Positions 39,208 through 51,892 of a stretch of 64,000 nucleotides of DNA are shown here, in pieces; position 1 is the stretch's first letter; each line of letters begins with the position of its first letter. A program made the translations under genes and the position numbers. Location: the NCBI RefSeq assembly GCF_006345805.1, contig NC_043017.1, positions 744,001-808,000 of the forward strand, read 5' to 3'. Below the pieces are notes generated by a model. The model made no database searches. It was not told the DNA's origin and saw nothing but the letters and a program-made list of their open reading frames with translations. Origin of the DNA: Octopus sinensis. Lineage: Eukaryota.

Positions 39208-40159
39208 GTATATATATAATTATGACGCACAGTTTCCATGGAGCACTTTTGAATACATAGTGTTTGGTGTCTAAGGTATCAGGTACACATTACCACTCCG
39301 AAACATGTGTCGTTTTTAAAGCACGCTGTCTATAATTACACACGCACGTACATCGTTTCATCGGCTATATATATATATATATATACATATATATATCTTG
39401 TGGCTGAAGGCTTGATTATCACGGTGATGATCGTTCCCGTTCTCCCACTCCTAATCGCAAATGATGTGTGGAATAAAATCAAGAAAACGAAAATAAAAAT
39501 TTGTTTATCAAACTGTTTTTCATTAAAGATTTTCAATTAAATAAATGAAATATTTAGAACTACATAAACAGCAGCAGCAACATCAATAGCCAAAAAAAAA
39601 AAAAATATATATGTATAAATACCGAAAAATAACTCACCAAAAACAGTATCAGCAAATCAGAGTTACACATTCACATAGACACACACACCAACACGAAAGT
39701 GTAAAGATGCTGAAATTTTTCAAACTTGGTTTCTTGATCAATAAATTTAATGTTTTTCTGTCTTTCTACAATGAAGTTATTTTGGTTTCCTAAATTTGCA
39801 TCAACAAAAATGGTAAATGGAATTAAATTCACTCAAGTCATTCGTTCATGTCGAATCAACCTTGGATGTATCGGGGTATCGTAGTGGAGGGTACGGTTTA
39901 TAGAGTTTAAACTGGTTTTCACGTACGGGCTCTTGTAATAACTAAATAACAAAATCAGCGTGATGGTGTAATTATTAGATCGCTGGCTGACAAAAAAAAA
40001 AAAAAAAACATCGAGAAGGTTTATTTAAAATTAGAAATGCTACGTTTCATGTTCAAATTCTGCCAGGGTTGTAAATTTCGTCGCAGTCGAGCTGAATAAG
40101 AATCCTTGTTTTTCTAGTTATTTAAGAAATCATTAATTTTTAGTTTCAAATTTTCACAC

Positions 40160-40350
40160 AAGGCCAGGAATTTTGAGAGACGGGGTAATTTGACTTGCAT
40201 CAACCCCAGTGTTCCATTGTTACTTATTTTCTCGACTCGGAAAATATCAAAGTTGACCTCGGTGGTATTAGAACTCCGAGCGCCAAGACCGACAAAATAT
40301 CATTAAACATTTTGCGAAGCCTGCTGACGAGTCTGCCAGTTGGTCGTCTT
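40160..40350 (-). mobile_element. SINE family G, degraded
   Basis: Reverse complement of the G body (AAAGTTGACCTCGGTGG, ACCCCAGTG, ACTTATTTT.TCGAC). Confidence 0.6.
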
Positions 40351-41074
40351 TTACAAGTCATTAATTTTGGCTTCATATTTAGACACAAGGCCAGCGAAGG
40401 TGTCAGTCGATTACATCGAACCCGGGCTTCAACTTTTAGAAATGCTTTATTGACTCGTTGTCTTTTAGAAATCATTAATATTGTTGCTTGTAGGTTGATG
40501 CACTGTCAGAATTATTTTCTCTTACTTTGCAATAATTGTTTAGACAATTTCCTATCTGAGTTCAAAGCACATCAAGATCAACCTTGACTTTACTTCTTTT
40601 ACCTTACAAAACATATAGTATAGTCTGATGACAACAGGCAACACCCTTCTATGAAATTATCTGGCATTGTATCTAAATATAAAAAGAAAATTGAAACGCC
40701 AGGTTTGACCTTAATCTCGGTTCAGTAATGTCTGGGAAACAAGAAATTAATTAAACTCACGAGGTTTATAACTTAGTAAATTACAACACAAAAACCTTCG
40801 TTGATGTAACAAATATGTCTTACGCGCAGCATTAAAGCGTACAGTCGTACAATTGTACGATTGTTTTACTGGATATTTAATTGAGGGAAGGAGAGATTTG
40901 GAAGACTAACAAATCTGGAGGATCATCATTGTTTAACTCTTCAGCGTAGAATTTTTCTTCTCTGTCTTCACACCACAAGAAATAACTACGCTTTATCTTT
41001 ATGCTTAACGCCACGCAAATCAACAGGTATTTATAACTCTTCAATTACAAAACCGTTTTATTTTACACACACAT

Positions 41075-41105
<31 letters not shown>

Positions 41106-41195
41106 CAGTGAGAGAGAAAGGGACAGATAGGTTGATGTATATTCATATACATATACATACATGCACATATACAAAAATACAATCAAATGTATTTA

Positions 41196-41242
<47 letters not shown>

Positions 41243-41563
41243 GTATGCATATATATATGTATGTGTGAATGTATGTATATACATTTATGAAGAAGAAACA
41301 GAAGACAGTTCTTAATGTATGATATATCGCAAGTAGCCAGAGAGGAACAATATAAATGGGTCTTGTTGAATTTAATTTACGGTCAATCGAAGGCGGGAAA
41401 TGGAAGCTGAAATGCCATTTTAAATGCCGGAGTTAATGGAAATAGACAACAGGGAATGTAATATACTTATTTTTATTCCAGATAGCTTGGCAATTAAAAT
41501 GATAATAATAATAATACTTAATACTGTGTGTGTGCGTATGTATGTGTATACTTATGAATATAT

Positions 41564-41597
<34 letters not shown>

Positions 41598-41913
41598 ATA
41601 ATATATTATATAATATATATATATATATATATATATGCGTTTATACGTGTATGCATGGATCCGTGTTTTACCATTACAGCAGATCTCATTTTGAAATGTC
41701 AGAAAGAGATAAAAAACATTAAAAATGCGAAGAGCGAAAATTGTAAGAGCGGTAAAAAAAACAGCGAAAAGCACCAAAGGAAAAAATACATTTGAGTTAA
41801 TTAGATAAATTGAATTTCGCCATAATTGAGTAAATGCGCGTGCACACATGCATTCAAAGGACATACCTAAATGCACTTACTTACATCCACGCATATACAC
41901 TTTTATATACGTG

Positions 41914-41970
<57 letters not shown>

Positions 41971-41974
41971 ATAT

Positions 41975-42130
41975 CAGGCTCAGGAGTGGGTGTGTTGTAA
42001 GTTCGTTGATTACGAACCACAATGTGTTGGGTTCAGTGCCACTGCCTGGCACCTTGGGCAGGTGTCTTCTGCTATAGCCTCGTGCCGACTAGAGCATTGT
42101 GAGTAGATTTAGTAGACGTAATTTGAAAGC
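41975..42130 (+). mobile_element. SINE family K, 5' half
   Basis: CAGGAGTGGGTGTGTTGTAAG...GGGTTCAGTGCCACTGCCTGGCACCTTGGGCAGGTGTCTTC. Confidence 0.8.
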
Positions 42131-42276
42131 TACCCTTAAGGAAATCCAAAAATAAAAGTATAATAAATAACAGAACAATAAATATATATAAATATACTCA
42201 TATATTTTTGTATGTGTATATCTATTTATATAAACATACATATATCCTGCAGATCTCATTTTGAAATGTCAGAAAG

Positions 42277-42375
42277 TCCTGCAGCATGGTACCTTGGGTA
42301 AGTGCCTTCTACTATAGCTTTGGGGCAACCAAAGCCTTATGAGTGGACTTGGTAGATGGGAACTGAAAGAATTCC
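42277..42375 (+). mobile_element. SINE family K, internal fragment
   Basis: GTACCTTGGGTAAGTGCCTTCTACTATAGC...GGTAGATGGGAACTGAAAGAA. Confidence 0.75.
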
Positions 42376-42405
42376 TATCATATATATAAATACAGTATCA
42401 TCATT

Positions 42406-42640
42406 TAAGGCAGCGAGCTGGCAGAAACGTTAGCGCACCGGGCGAAATGCTTAGTGGTATTTCGTCTGTCGTTACATTCTGAGTTCAAATTCCGCCAAGG
42501 TCGACTTTGCCCTTCATCCTTTTGGGGTCGATAAATAAAGTACCAATTTCGCACTGGGGTCGATGTAATCGACTTAATCCCTCTGTCTGTCCTTGTTTGT
42601 CCCCCTCTATGTTCAGCCCCTTGTGGGCAGTAAAGAAATA
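42406..42640 (+). mobile_element. SINE family G, full length
   Basis: AAGGCAGCGAGCTGGCAGAAACGTTAGC...GAGTTCAAATTCCGCC...TTGTGGGCAGTAAAGAAATA. Confidence 0.9.
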
Positions 42641-42817
42641 TATATATAAATACAATGCTGGATGTTCAAGGACCAAATGAAGGGCAGATTTTCATTCTCA
42701 GGATCGTCCTGATTCCAAAATGGTATAATACGTCTATGTAGAGCAAACGTAGACTGAGACACAAGGGTCCCGGACTGACGGACAGACACACAGAATTTTA
42801 CGCTTATTATTAAAGAT

Positions 42818-43035
42818 ATGTGTGTATCTGTGTTTGTGCCCCACCCCCACTTGACAACCAGTGTTGGAGTGTTTACATCCCCGTAACTTATCAGTTCAGC
42901 AAGAGCAAGACCAATAGAATAAGTACTAGGCTTATAAAAAAAAGTACTGGGTTCAGTCCTTTGACTAAAACTTTCTAAGGTGGTGCCCCAGTATGGCTAC
43001 AGTCTAATGACTGAAACAAGTAAGAGATAAGATAA
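42818..43035 (+). mobile_element. SINE family K, 3' half
   Basis: TGTGTTTGTGCCC...CCCCGTAACTTA...AAGGTGGTGCCCCAGTATGGC...GAAACAAGTAAGAG. Confidence 0.85.
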
Positions 43036-43051
43036 GATATATATATATATA

Positions 43052-43345
43052 TCACCGTGACCGACCAGGCTATCAGATGTTGCTACACATCGCTGGTCAC
43101 AATGCTCTTCGAATTGTTTTAGCCTTCAAATGACGCCACCCCGCTGGCTAAGCGAGCAAGCCAACAGAAGAAAGAGTGAGAGAAAGATGTGGCGAAAGAG
43201 TACAGCAGGGATCGCCACCACCCCCTGCCAGAGCCTCATGGAGCTTTAGGTGTTTTTCGCTCAATAAACACTCACAAACGCCCAGTCTGGGAATCGAACT
43301 GCCATCCTACAACCGCGAGTCCGCTGCCCTAACCACTGGGCCTCC
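43052..43345 (-). mobile_element. SINE family B, full length with tail Y
   Basis: Minus-strand head GGAGGCCCAGTGGTTAGGGCAGCGGACTCGCGG...GTTCGATTCCC; body shared with 16037-16200; tail ...AGCAACATCTGATAGCCTGGTCGGTCACGGTGA. Confidence 0.9.
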
Positions 43346-43366
43346 ACATATATATATAAATATATA

Positions 43367-43597
43367 ACGGGAAGGTTTACGAAAATAAAAAAAAAGGCGA
43401 AGGCAGGTGAAGTACAAACATACAAATGTATTAGTATGGCGCTCAGGAATAGAAATAGAACAAGTCTTTTACGTTTTGAGCCTACGCTCTTCGACAGAAA
43501 GATACACAGAAAAAAACAAGGACAGAAACAAGGAGAGAATAAAATGCGTGTAGGAGCTAACGATATCATGGCGTCCTGACTTGGGGCAGTGGTCAGA
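43367..43597 (-). mobile_element. Hammerhead-like short element (family H4), copy 1
   Basis: About 230-bp direct repeat of 44383-44601. Motif CUGUCGA-A-GAGC-GUAG-GCUC-AAA-ACGU-A-AAAGAC at 43464-43503, with G12 mutated. Confidence 0.7.
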
Positions 43598-43857
43598 ACG
43601 AGAGGGAGATATATATCTGTGTGTGTGTGTATACATACATAATGTATTAGTATTTAGCAGAAGCAACAGAGTGACTCAAGGGACAAGAATTTCATGCATT
43701 AGTTTGGCACTTGAGGTAATAATGATAACACTATATACACTTATGCTAGAGTTTAATTTCTTCCTGCTTCCCAAGCCTGCATATATACCAAGCCATTATA
43801 TATATATATCTTATATATATATCTATATAGATATATATATATAGCTATTAATATATA

Positions 43858-44260
43858 AGGCAGGAGTGGCTGTGTGGTAAGTAGCTTGCTAACCAAGCAC
43901 ATGGTTCCGGGTTCAGTCCCACTGCGTGGCATCTGGGCAAGTGTCTTCTGCTATAGCCCCGGGCCGACCAATGCCTGGTGGATTTGGTAGACGGAAACTG
44001 AAAGAAGCCTGTCGTATATATGTATATATATATATATATATATAACTGTGTGTGTATATGTTGTGTGTGTCTGTGTTTGTCCCCCTAGCATTGCCTGACA
44101 ACCGATGCTGGTGTTTAGTCCCCGTCATTAGCGGTCGGCAAAGAGACCGATAAAATAAGTACTGGGCTTACAAAGAATAAGTCCCGGGGTCGACTAAAGG
44201 CGATGCTCCAGCATGGCCGCAGTCAAATGACTGAAACAAGTAAAAGAGTAAAAGAGAGTA
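43858..44260 (+). mobile_element. SINE family K, full length (best-preserved copy)
   Basis: AGGCAGGAGTGGCTGTGTGGTAAG...GGTTCAGTCCCACTGCGTGGC...internal microsatellite...GCTCCAGCATGGCCGCAGTCAAATGACTGAAACAAGTAAAAGAGTAAAAGAGAGTA. Confidence 0.95.
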
Positions 44261-44338
44261 AAAATATATATGCATATATATGTATACACACACATATATA
44301 GATACATATGTGCATGCCTCTGTGTGTGTGTATTATGC

Positions 44339-44382
<44 letters not shown>

Positions 44383-44384
<2 letters not shown>

Positions 44385-44601
44385 GGGAAGGTTTACGAAA
44401 TAAACAAAAGACGAAGGCAGGTGGAGTACAAACAAACAATGTATTAGTATGGCGCTCAGGAATAGAAATAGAACAAGTCTTTTACGTTTCGAGCCTACGC
44501 TCTTCAACAGAAAGACACACAGAAAAGAAACAAGGAGAGAAAAATATGCGTTGGGGAGCTAACGATCTATCATGGCGTCCTGACTTGGGGCAGTGGTCAG
44601 A
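44383..44601 (-). mobile_element. Hammerhead-like short element (family H4), copy 2
   Basis: Minus strand 44516-44477: GUCUUU / CUGUUGA / A / GAGC-GUAG-GCUC / GAA / ACGU / A / AAAGAC. Perfect 6-bp stem I; 3' end abuts (TA)n. Confidence 0.75.
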
Positions 44602-45869
44602 CGCTAGAGGGACAGTAGGGGAGATAACAGGGTCAAGTGACTTCCAAAACGAAGGTGCCCCCAACACAAAGGTGCGTGTGTGTATAAGAGAGTATGCATG
44701 TGTGTGTGAAAGAGGGCTGGTGGTCTGGACGTGTGTGTGGAGATGTGGGGATGGGTGTGTGGGTGGTGTGTTGTGATGTGATATGTGTATGTGTAAAGAT
44801 GTGTGGAAGGGTGTGTGGGCTGTGTGCTGTGGTTAGTGTGTTGTGATGTGAGTGTAATGTTGTATGGTGTAGTGTAGTGTGGTGTGATGTTGTGGGGAGG
44901 TGGGGGAGACGAGAGTGGGGAAAGTCCAGGTGGGTTGTGGTTTCGGATGGGGGTTGGGGTAGAGTGAGAGGGGGGAGAAGAGAGGGGGAGAGAGTGGGGA
45001 GGAGGAGGAGGAGGGGAGAGAGGAGATATATATATTCATATATTACAGAACTAACAATATAGAATTTGAAGTGAGATATTGAACTCAATTTCAAGGCGAG
45101 ATTTATGCGAAAGGGAAAAATATGTTTATCTACGTACATTTAGTTTTCTTCATTTATTCCTTAACCTGCGGGATATGATTGAAATCTTCCTGCAGTTATA
45201 CCTTCCGCATTTGATGCATTCCCTCATATATAAACCGACGGTACTGTCCTTGATAGAACACATTCGGTCATTTTCTGTGGATAAATAAATACACTAATAG
45301 TTGCTTATAATATCGGATTAAACGCAAGTAATTTCGAATTTATGTCCGTGAATTGGTCGCCTCCATTACATCTAGTTCTTGGCTTGTACTTCAATACATG
45401 GACCTAAATGTGGTGGACTGTAAAGTTGCCTTCAGTTGGATTCGAACTCTGAAAGTAAAGAACTGGAAGATATCCATAAGGCACGATTCTGCTAATCTTG
45501 CTCCCTTAAACAACAGTATGAATAACAATATTTCCATTTGCGTATCAGTGAATTTAAAGGCCTCATATCTAAACGAAAATGCAGCCATAAAATGGTTTAG
45601 AGTTATATTACTATAGTTTCATTACTTCGAGATCCTTTATTTATGTTTTCCTTTCTCTCCTCTAACAATCGCCCTTGGAATTTCCTTGCAACCATGGCAC
45701 AGTCAATCTCGCCCCGACACCGGTAAAATCTTTTATTGAATCAGCGATAGTTTCGCATAAATGCTGCCCTCCCCGAATTCCTATATCTCCTGAATTATAT
45801 TCCTTTCGTTTTATTGCCTTTAGAAAATCTTCAGATTTTTATAACAATGTATCTCACCACACACACGTA

Positions 45870-45916
<47 letters not shown>

Positions 45917-46023
45917 CAGGACATGCATGTATGCATGTGAATATATATATATATATGAAACTTACTTGGAAGGGGATGCGTAGTCTTCAATTATATAATA
46001 ATATAAATAATATATATGCTCAC

Positions 46024-46272
46024 GGGAATATGGCGTAGTGCTTAAGAGCGCAGGCTCCCAACCCCAGAATTGCGAGTTCGATTCCAAGCACTGACCTATT
46101 AATAATAATAATGATAGTAATAATAACATCCCACAATACCTTAACAATGAGAACCCAGGTTTGAAACTTCCCCTAGACACCTGGTAAAGTTTGGCGGGCA
46201 TATCAGCCAAAACGTTGTGATAACAACAAACAAGATGAGGACAAATATCCGTCAATGTAAATTATGTAAATG
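46024..46272 (+). mobile_element. tRNA-headed SINE with degenerate hammerhead-like 3' region
   Basis: A box TGGCGTAGTGC (46031-46041), B box GTTCGATTCC (46076-46085), (AAT)n linker, then ACAC-CUGGUAA-A-GUUUG..CAGCC-AAA-ACGU-U-GUGA (46177-46220) and a TGTAAAT-repeat tail. Confidence 0.7.
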
Positions 46273-47368
46273 ATGAATATATATATATATATATAATATA
46301 TATATCTATATATAGTATATATACATATATACACACACACACACATACATATATATATATACGCATATATACATATGTATATGTACATACATACATATAT
46401 ATATATATATAAGGAATCTTACTGAAGAGCCAGCCTGAGTAAATAAATACTATTTTTATTACTGAATTTGGCGAAACTGCAGTATAAGAAAAGTTGAGTT
46501 TGTAAAAGTTTTTAATTTTCATCTCACTAAATTTATCCAGCTATTGTGTATCTAGTGCACTCTTCGCCTTGAATGTAATGATATATGTATAATATATGGC
46601 GTGTACTGGTACACCGGCGATTATAATTAATTTTATTGTATCGCATTTATCTTTGTTTATATATTTATATATATATATATATATATATATGCTTATGTGG
46701 GCATAGGATGTCATGAAATGTGTACAGCAAAAAAGTACGAAGCACGAGTACATGGAACAAGAACGTTTCTTTCGAAGAATGAAAGACTCAAGTGCAAAAC
46801 AAAACAAACAACATTAAGAAGGATCCTTCATCAGGTTTTGGCTGCTTTCTAGTCTCGTGTTTCAAGTATTCAACAACAATATACGTTTGCCATAAAACAG
46901 TTGCTCCCGCAAAGTAAATTAGATAATATTTGGGATTTTGTGGAGGGTCAAAATAGGTAACACAAACAGGACAGTGAAAACAAACAGGAGGGGCTGCTAA
47001 ACGAGGTTATGGTGGCCAATGCGTAAATCAAGCTAGGACAAGAGACAAACAAGAACACGTGTTCCTTGTTCCAGCTACTATGGAGAGAAAGAGAGATGGC
47101 CGATGATCAATTGGGATCCAAGGGGAGAGGAATGAGGGAGAGTTAATGACAATGTAAAAGCATAGAATAGTGGGAGAAGAGGAGGCAAAAGAGGAAGAGA
47201 TAGAAAAAGAGAGAAAACGAAAGAGGAAAAAGATCGCACAGAATGCGCATCAGAATTATTAAGATAAAACTTATTTGAAAGAGGATGCTTGGCGTTCAAA
47301 CTTATATAATATAAATAGTATATATATATAGATATATATATATATATATATTATATATATCTATATAT

Positions 47369-47415
<47 letters not shown>

Positions 47416-47483
47416 TGTGTGTTTTGTGTGTGGTTGTGTGTGTGTGTATGCATATATATTATATATTTTTTTCTACTCTTGAC

Positions 47484-47668
47484 TCAAGGCCTGAAATTTT
47501 AGGGGAGGCCGTCACTCGATTAGATCGACCCCAATACACAACTGGTACTTAATTTATCGACCCAAAAAGGATGAAACGCAAAGTCGACTTCGACGGAACT
47601 TCAACTCAGAATGTAAAGACAGACGAAATAACACTAAGCATGTCGCCCAGCTCGCTAACGTTCCAGCT
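47484..47668 (-). mobile_element. SINE family G, near full length
   Basis: Reverse complement of the G body and the CAAGGCCTGAAATTT tail. Confidence 0.85.
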
Positions 47669-47763
47669 TGTACCCTTAATATACATATGCACATATACAT
47701 GCATATGTATATGTATGTATGTTATGTATGTACGTGCATATATATGTGTGTGTGGTGTATGTA

Positions 47764-47830
<67 letters not shown>

Positions 47831-47851
47831 CTATATATATATATATATATC

Positions 47852-47887
<36 letters not shown>

Positions 47888-47888
<1 letters not shown>

Positions 47889-48075
47889 CTTATTTAAAGC
47901 AGCAGAAAATTCAACAAAACCTGTTACTCTGAGTTACGTACGTTGCCGTTCATCGGACAGTTTTTGCTAGAATCTTGTTGAATTTTCTGCTGCTTTAAAT
48001 AAAGCATATTATTCTACCACTGGTATTTGAGTATTCTTTTTTCCACCTTCTTTCACATTTATGTGTTTACTCCGG
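47888..48075. mobile_element. Fold-back short element (family H5) with hammerhead-like motif in the loop, inside (TA)n
   Basis: 28-bp perfect arms at 47890-47917 and 47975-48002. Minus strand 47960-47921 reads CUGU / CCGAUGA / ACG-GCAA-CGU / ACGUA / ACUCAGAGU / A / ACAG. Confidence 0.6.
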
Positions 48076-49334
48076 TATATATATATATATATATGTAAGT
48101 ATGTATGTATGTATGCACGCGTGCGTTTGTGTGTTTATGTGCCTGTGTGTGTGTGTATTTGTGACTGTTTGTTCTTGCTTAAGTTCGTTTCTGTTTCTAT
48201 TCACAGTTAGACAACAGGTGTTGGTTCATTTTCGTGTCCGTAACCGAGCTGTTCGGCTAAAGTCACCTATAGAATAAGTGCTAGGCTTAAATAGTATGTG
48301 TTGTCGATTTGTTGGTTTAAAACATATCCAGATCTTGCCCCAGGAAGGCCGCACTCCATTATCTGAAGTAAGTACAAAAATCAATAAGAGATAAGAGACA
48401 ACACCTTCCCTTACGTGACATAATGTTCCGGTCACGTGGACGTAGTAGGCGCGTGTCTTATTACACAAGATGGTCGTCTGCTACAATTATGATTGTATCA
48501 GAACAGTCGCAAAGCGTGTCAGACCTACACCACAATCTGTTAAGAGTCTTAGACATGAGACGAGACCTTATTCTAAATCTGGCGGTGGGTGGGGTGGGTT
48601 TCTGAATTAGATTGCGTGTCCGTTTAAGAGATACACGCAGTCACACAAACACATACACACACACACACACTCAAATACACACACGCAGACACACACCAGT
48701 ATACCCACCCGAAATCACGCATACATGTACGCAATTATAAATATGCAAACACAGATGCCACACACATCCAGGTGCGCGAACCTACACATAATCTGACAGT
48801 GATGTACACGTGCCCATACACATATTCACATACATACACACACTAACACACACTTACGTAGTCGACAGCAACACACAGTCACATACATAAACACGCAAAT
48901 AAAAGTATAACACACAGACACACGAACGCACACACAATCACACACATCTACAGAGAAACAATCACACACTCACACACACAGATACGCACGTATAATTGCA
49001 CATGCACGCACGCACACACACAGTCGGAAATGCACTAAGTTACAATCTTACAGACACGCACACATACACATATATATACACACAGAAATGCCCAAACACA
49101 TACACTGAAAATTACACAAACGTCTACACACATACACTCATATCTTTATATATGCACACACTGACAAAGACACCGACCTCCGTGTGTTCTGAAGAAATAA
49201 ATTAGATCGATAAACAATATGCGCGTGCATGTGTGTCAATTCTACCTGCTGTGTGAGCGCGAATGCGTACGAGTGCGTGCAGGTAGGTTCGTAGGCGTGA
49301 GAAAGTGAGGAAGGAGCAGGACAAAAAGTGCAGG

Positions 49335-49496
49335 GCTATGAGAAAGAGAGGGACACAGAGACAGAGAAATATGCAGAGAGGGAAGGAGAGAGAGGGGGGA
49401 CACAGACACAGAGAAATATGCAGAGAGGGAAGGAGAGATAGAGAAGGAGAGAGAGAGAGGGCGACATAGAGACAGAGAAATATGCAGAGAAGGAAG

Positions 49497-49527
<31 letters not shown>

Positions 49528-49600
49528 GGACATAGAGACAGAGAAATAAGCAGAGAGGGAAGGAGAGATAGAGAGGGAAATAGAAATAGAGAGAGAGAGA
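49335..49600. repeat. GA-rich minisatellite
   Basis: Unit ...GAGACAGAGAAATATGCAGAGAGGGAAGGAGAGA repeated four times. Confidence 0.8.
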
Positions 49601-49801
49601 GAGAGGAGGCAGAGAAGGACTGACAGAGTGAAACATTGACAAAAGGGAAGCGTGAAAAACGAACGGGATACACACACTTCACACACTCTCACACACACAC
49701 ACACACAGGCACACCTGCCCACATGCACACATATAAAGTGAGAGAGAGAGAGAGAGAGAGACAAAGGAGTGAGAAATAAGGATATGGGTTCGGAGGGAGA
49801 G

Positions 49802-49848
<47 letters not shown>

Positions 49849-50402
49849 GGAACAATGGTTTATACTTCAAAGTCAGTGGCAGTCTCCATAAAATGTCAAA
49901 TATGGTGGAAAGAAGCGTTTCTGCTGGCGGCATCTGGCAAATAAATATCACTGAACACAATCGAAATAACTCAAGCAGAACGAGCGCAAAAAATTCCATA
50001 CGTCTCCTACGCGATGCTGCTGCCGCCTTTGCTGCGGTTGCTGTCATTCTCGTTGTTATACTTGTTGCTGTTGTTGTTGTTGCCATTGCAGTCGCTTTCG
50101 TTGTCATTGTTACTGCTGTTGTTGTTGTCGGTGGTGGTGGTGGTGGTGGTGTTGGCGGTAGTGTTGGCGCTGTTTCTTTCTCGGCGCATCGATAAGAAGA
50201 TCTGACATTTGTGAAAGGTCATAACAATAGCAGGAGTTGTGTTCAGCAACCATACAAACCGATGTTGTGATTGACTTCGACTCTAAGACATTCCCCAACC
50301 GCATCTGGCTCCACTTAGCAAAGACACGGTCTTGCTTTCTTTCTGTCCCACTGCCCATCTCTCTCTTGCATCCACTCCACACACTTGCCATCCGAAGCCA
50401 CG

Positions 50403-50451
<49 letters not shown>

Positions 50452-50662
50452 GCATATGTATATATATATATATATATAATATATATAATATATATATATA
50501 CACTTATATATATATAATATATACGTATATATATATATATATAATATATATATTTAATATATAATAATAATATTAGGGAGTAAATCCAAACTTATAGGGA
50601 AAAGTTAGATTTAAAATTAATTCCAATTGCCTAATAGTGGTTTTATCTCTAATTTAACTATA

Positions 50663-50728
<66 letters not shown>

Positions 50729-50729
<1 letters not shown>

Positions 50730-51170
50730 AAACATTATTGGTGAATTGAAGAAATGGAGCTGAACGCAGAATGAACAGAAATCGTTTTATTTCATTGTCT
50801 ACACACGTGTTTTTTCGAAGGCACAAATTACCAAATCCGTTGAATAATGGGACCATCTTTTGTCTTTCTCCTTCAGGAAGAAAAAGACAAAACAAAATAT
50901 GGTCCCATTATTCAATCGGATTTTGGTAATTTGTGCCTTTCGAAACACGTGAGAATGAAATAAAACGATTTCTGTTCAATCTGCGTTCAGCTCCATTTCT
51001 TCAATTCACCAATAATGTTTTAATTTCAATTATCCGCACCAACGCACGGTTGCAACGCCAGATGGTTGTACCTCCAACCGTGCTGTTTACTGCTGTGATT
51101 TGTTTGCTACTAAGGTATCGGTTAAACTTTTGATTAATCTACTACAAGATTATTCATCTTTCTATTCACA
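50729..51170. mobile_element. Fold-back short element in (TA)n
   Basis: Imperfect arms of ~135-140 bp (50729-50866 and 50880-51022) plus a ~145-bp right extension; (TA)n on both sides. Confidence 0.75.
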
Positions 51171-51229
51171 TAATATATATTATATATATATATACATATA
51201 TATATATACATATATATGTATATATATAT

Positions 51230-51264
<35 letters not shown>

Positions 51265-51406
51265 TATATTTAATCAGCCGAAATTGGGAAAATGTGGTGA
51301 AGATGATCCGGTTCTTGACTGAAAATTGAAGCTTCGAATGTCCCGTCCGTGTTTTTTTGATCGTCTTCTAAATGTTTTGCGTTCCTGTCCCAGTTTGTAT
51401 TTTTTA

Positions 51407-51449
<43 letters not shown>

Positions 51450-51451
<2 letters not shown>

Positions 51452-51757
51452 TAAGAAAGGTTGTTTGGTAAAGCACGTGGGTGAATATATAAGAAAATAG
51501 TAAAGTGTGAAAAAACGACAGAAGGCTTAAATGTTAAAAAAACATATATTTGTGTCAAAATGTCTGGAGAATATGGAAAAATTTTTTCTTTACGTATTTC
51601 TTCACGTATTTCTTTAAAAATTTTAAAATTATGTCATTTTAAGGAAAGGGGGGGAAAAAAAAATTTTTCAAATATTCTCCAGACATTTTGACACAAATAT
51701 ATATATTTTTAACATTTAAGCCTTCTGTCGTTTTTTCACACTTTACTATTTTCTTAT

Positions 51758-51760
<3 letters not shown>
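51450..51760. mobile_element. Fold-back short element in (TA)n
   Basis: Arms of ~100 bp (51486-51587 and 51657-51760). The ORF track shows the same peptide on both strands (MTQIY.FLTFKPSVVFSHFTIFLYI). Confidence 0.8.
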
Positions 51761-51809
<49 letters not shown>

Positions 51810-51810
51810 C

Positions 51811-51892
<82 letters not shown>

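Noticed and set aside
46750-46840. Minus-strand CCUGAUGAAGGAUCC, partly similar to 1075-1120
   Set aside because: No adjacent GAAA or stem III, and the similarity is limited to short words.
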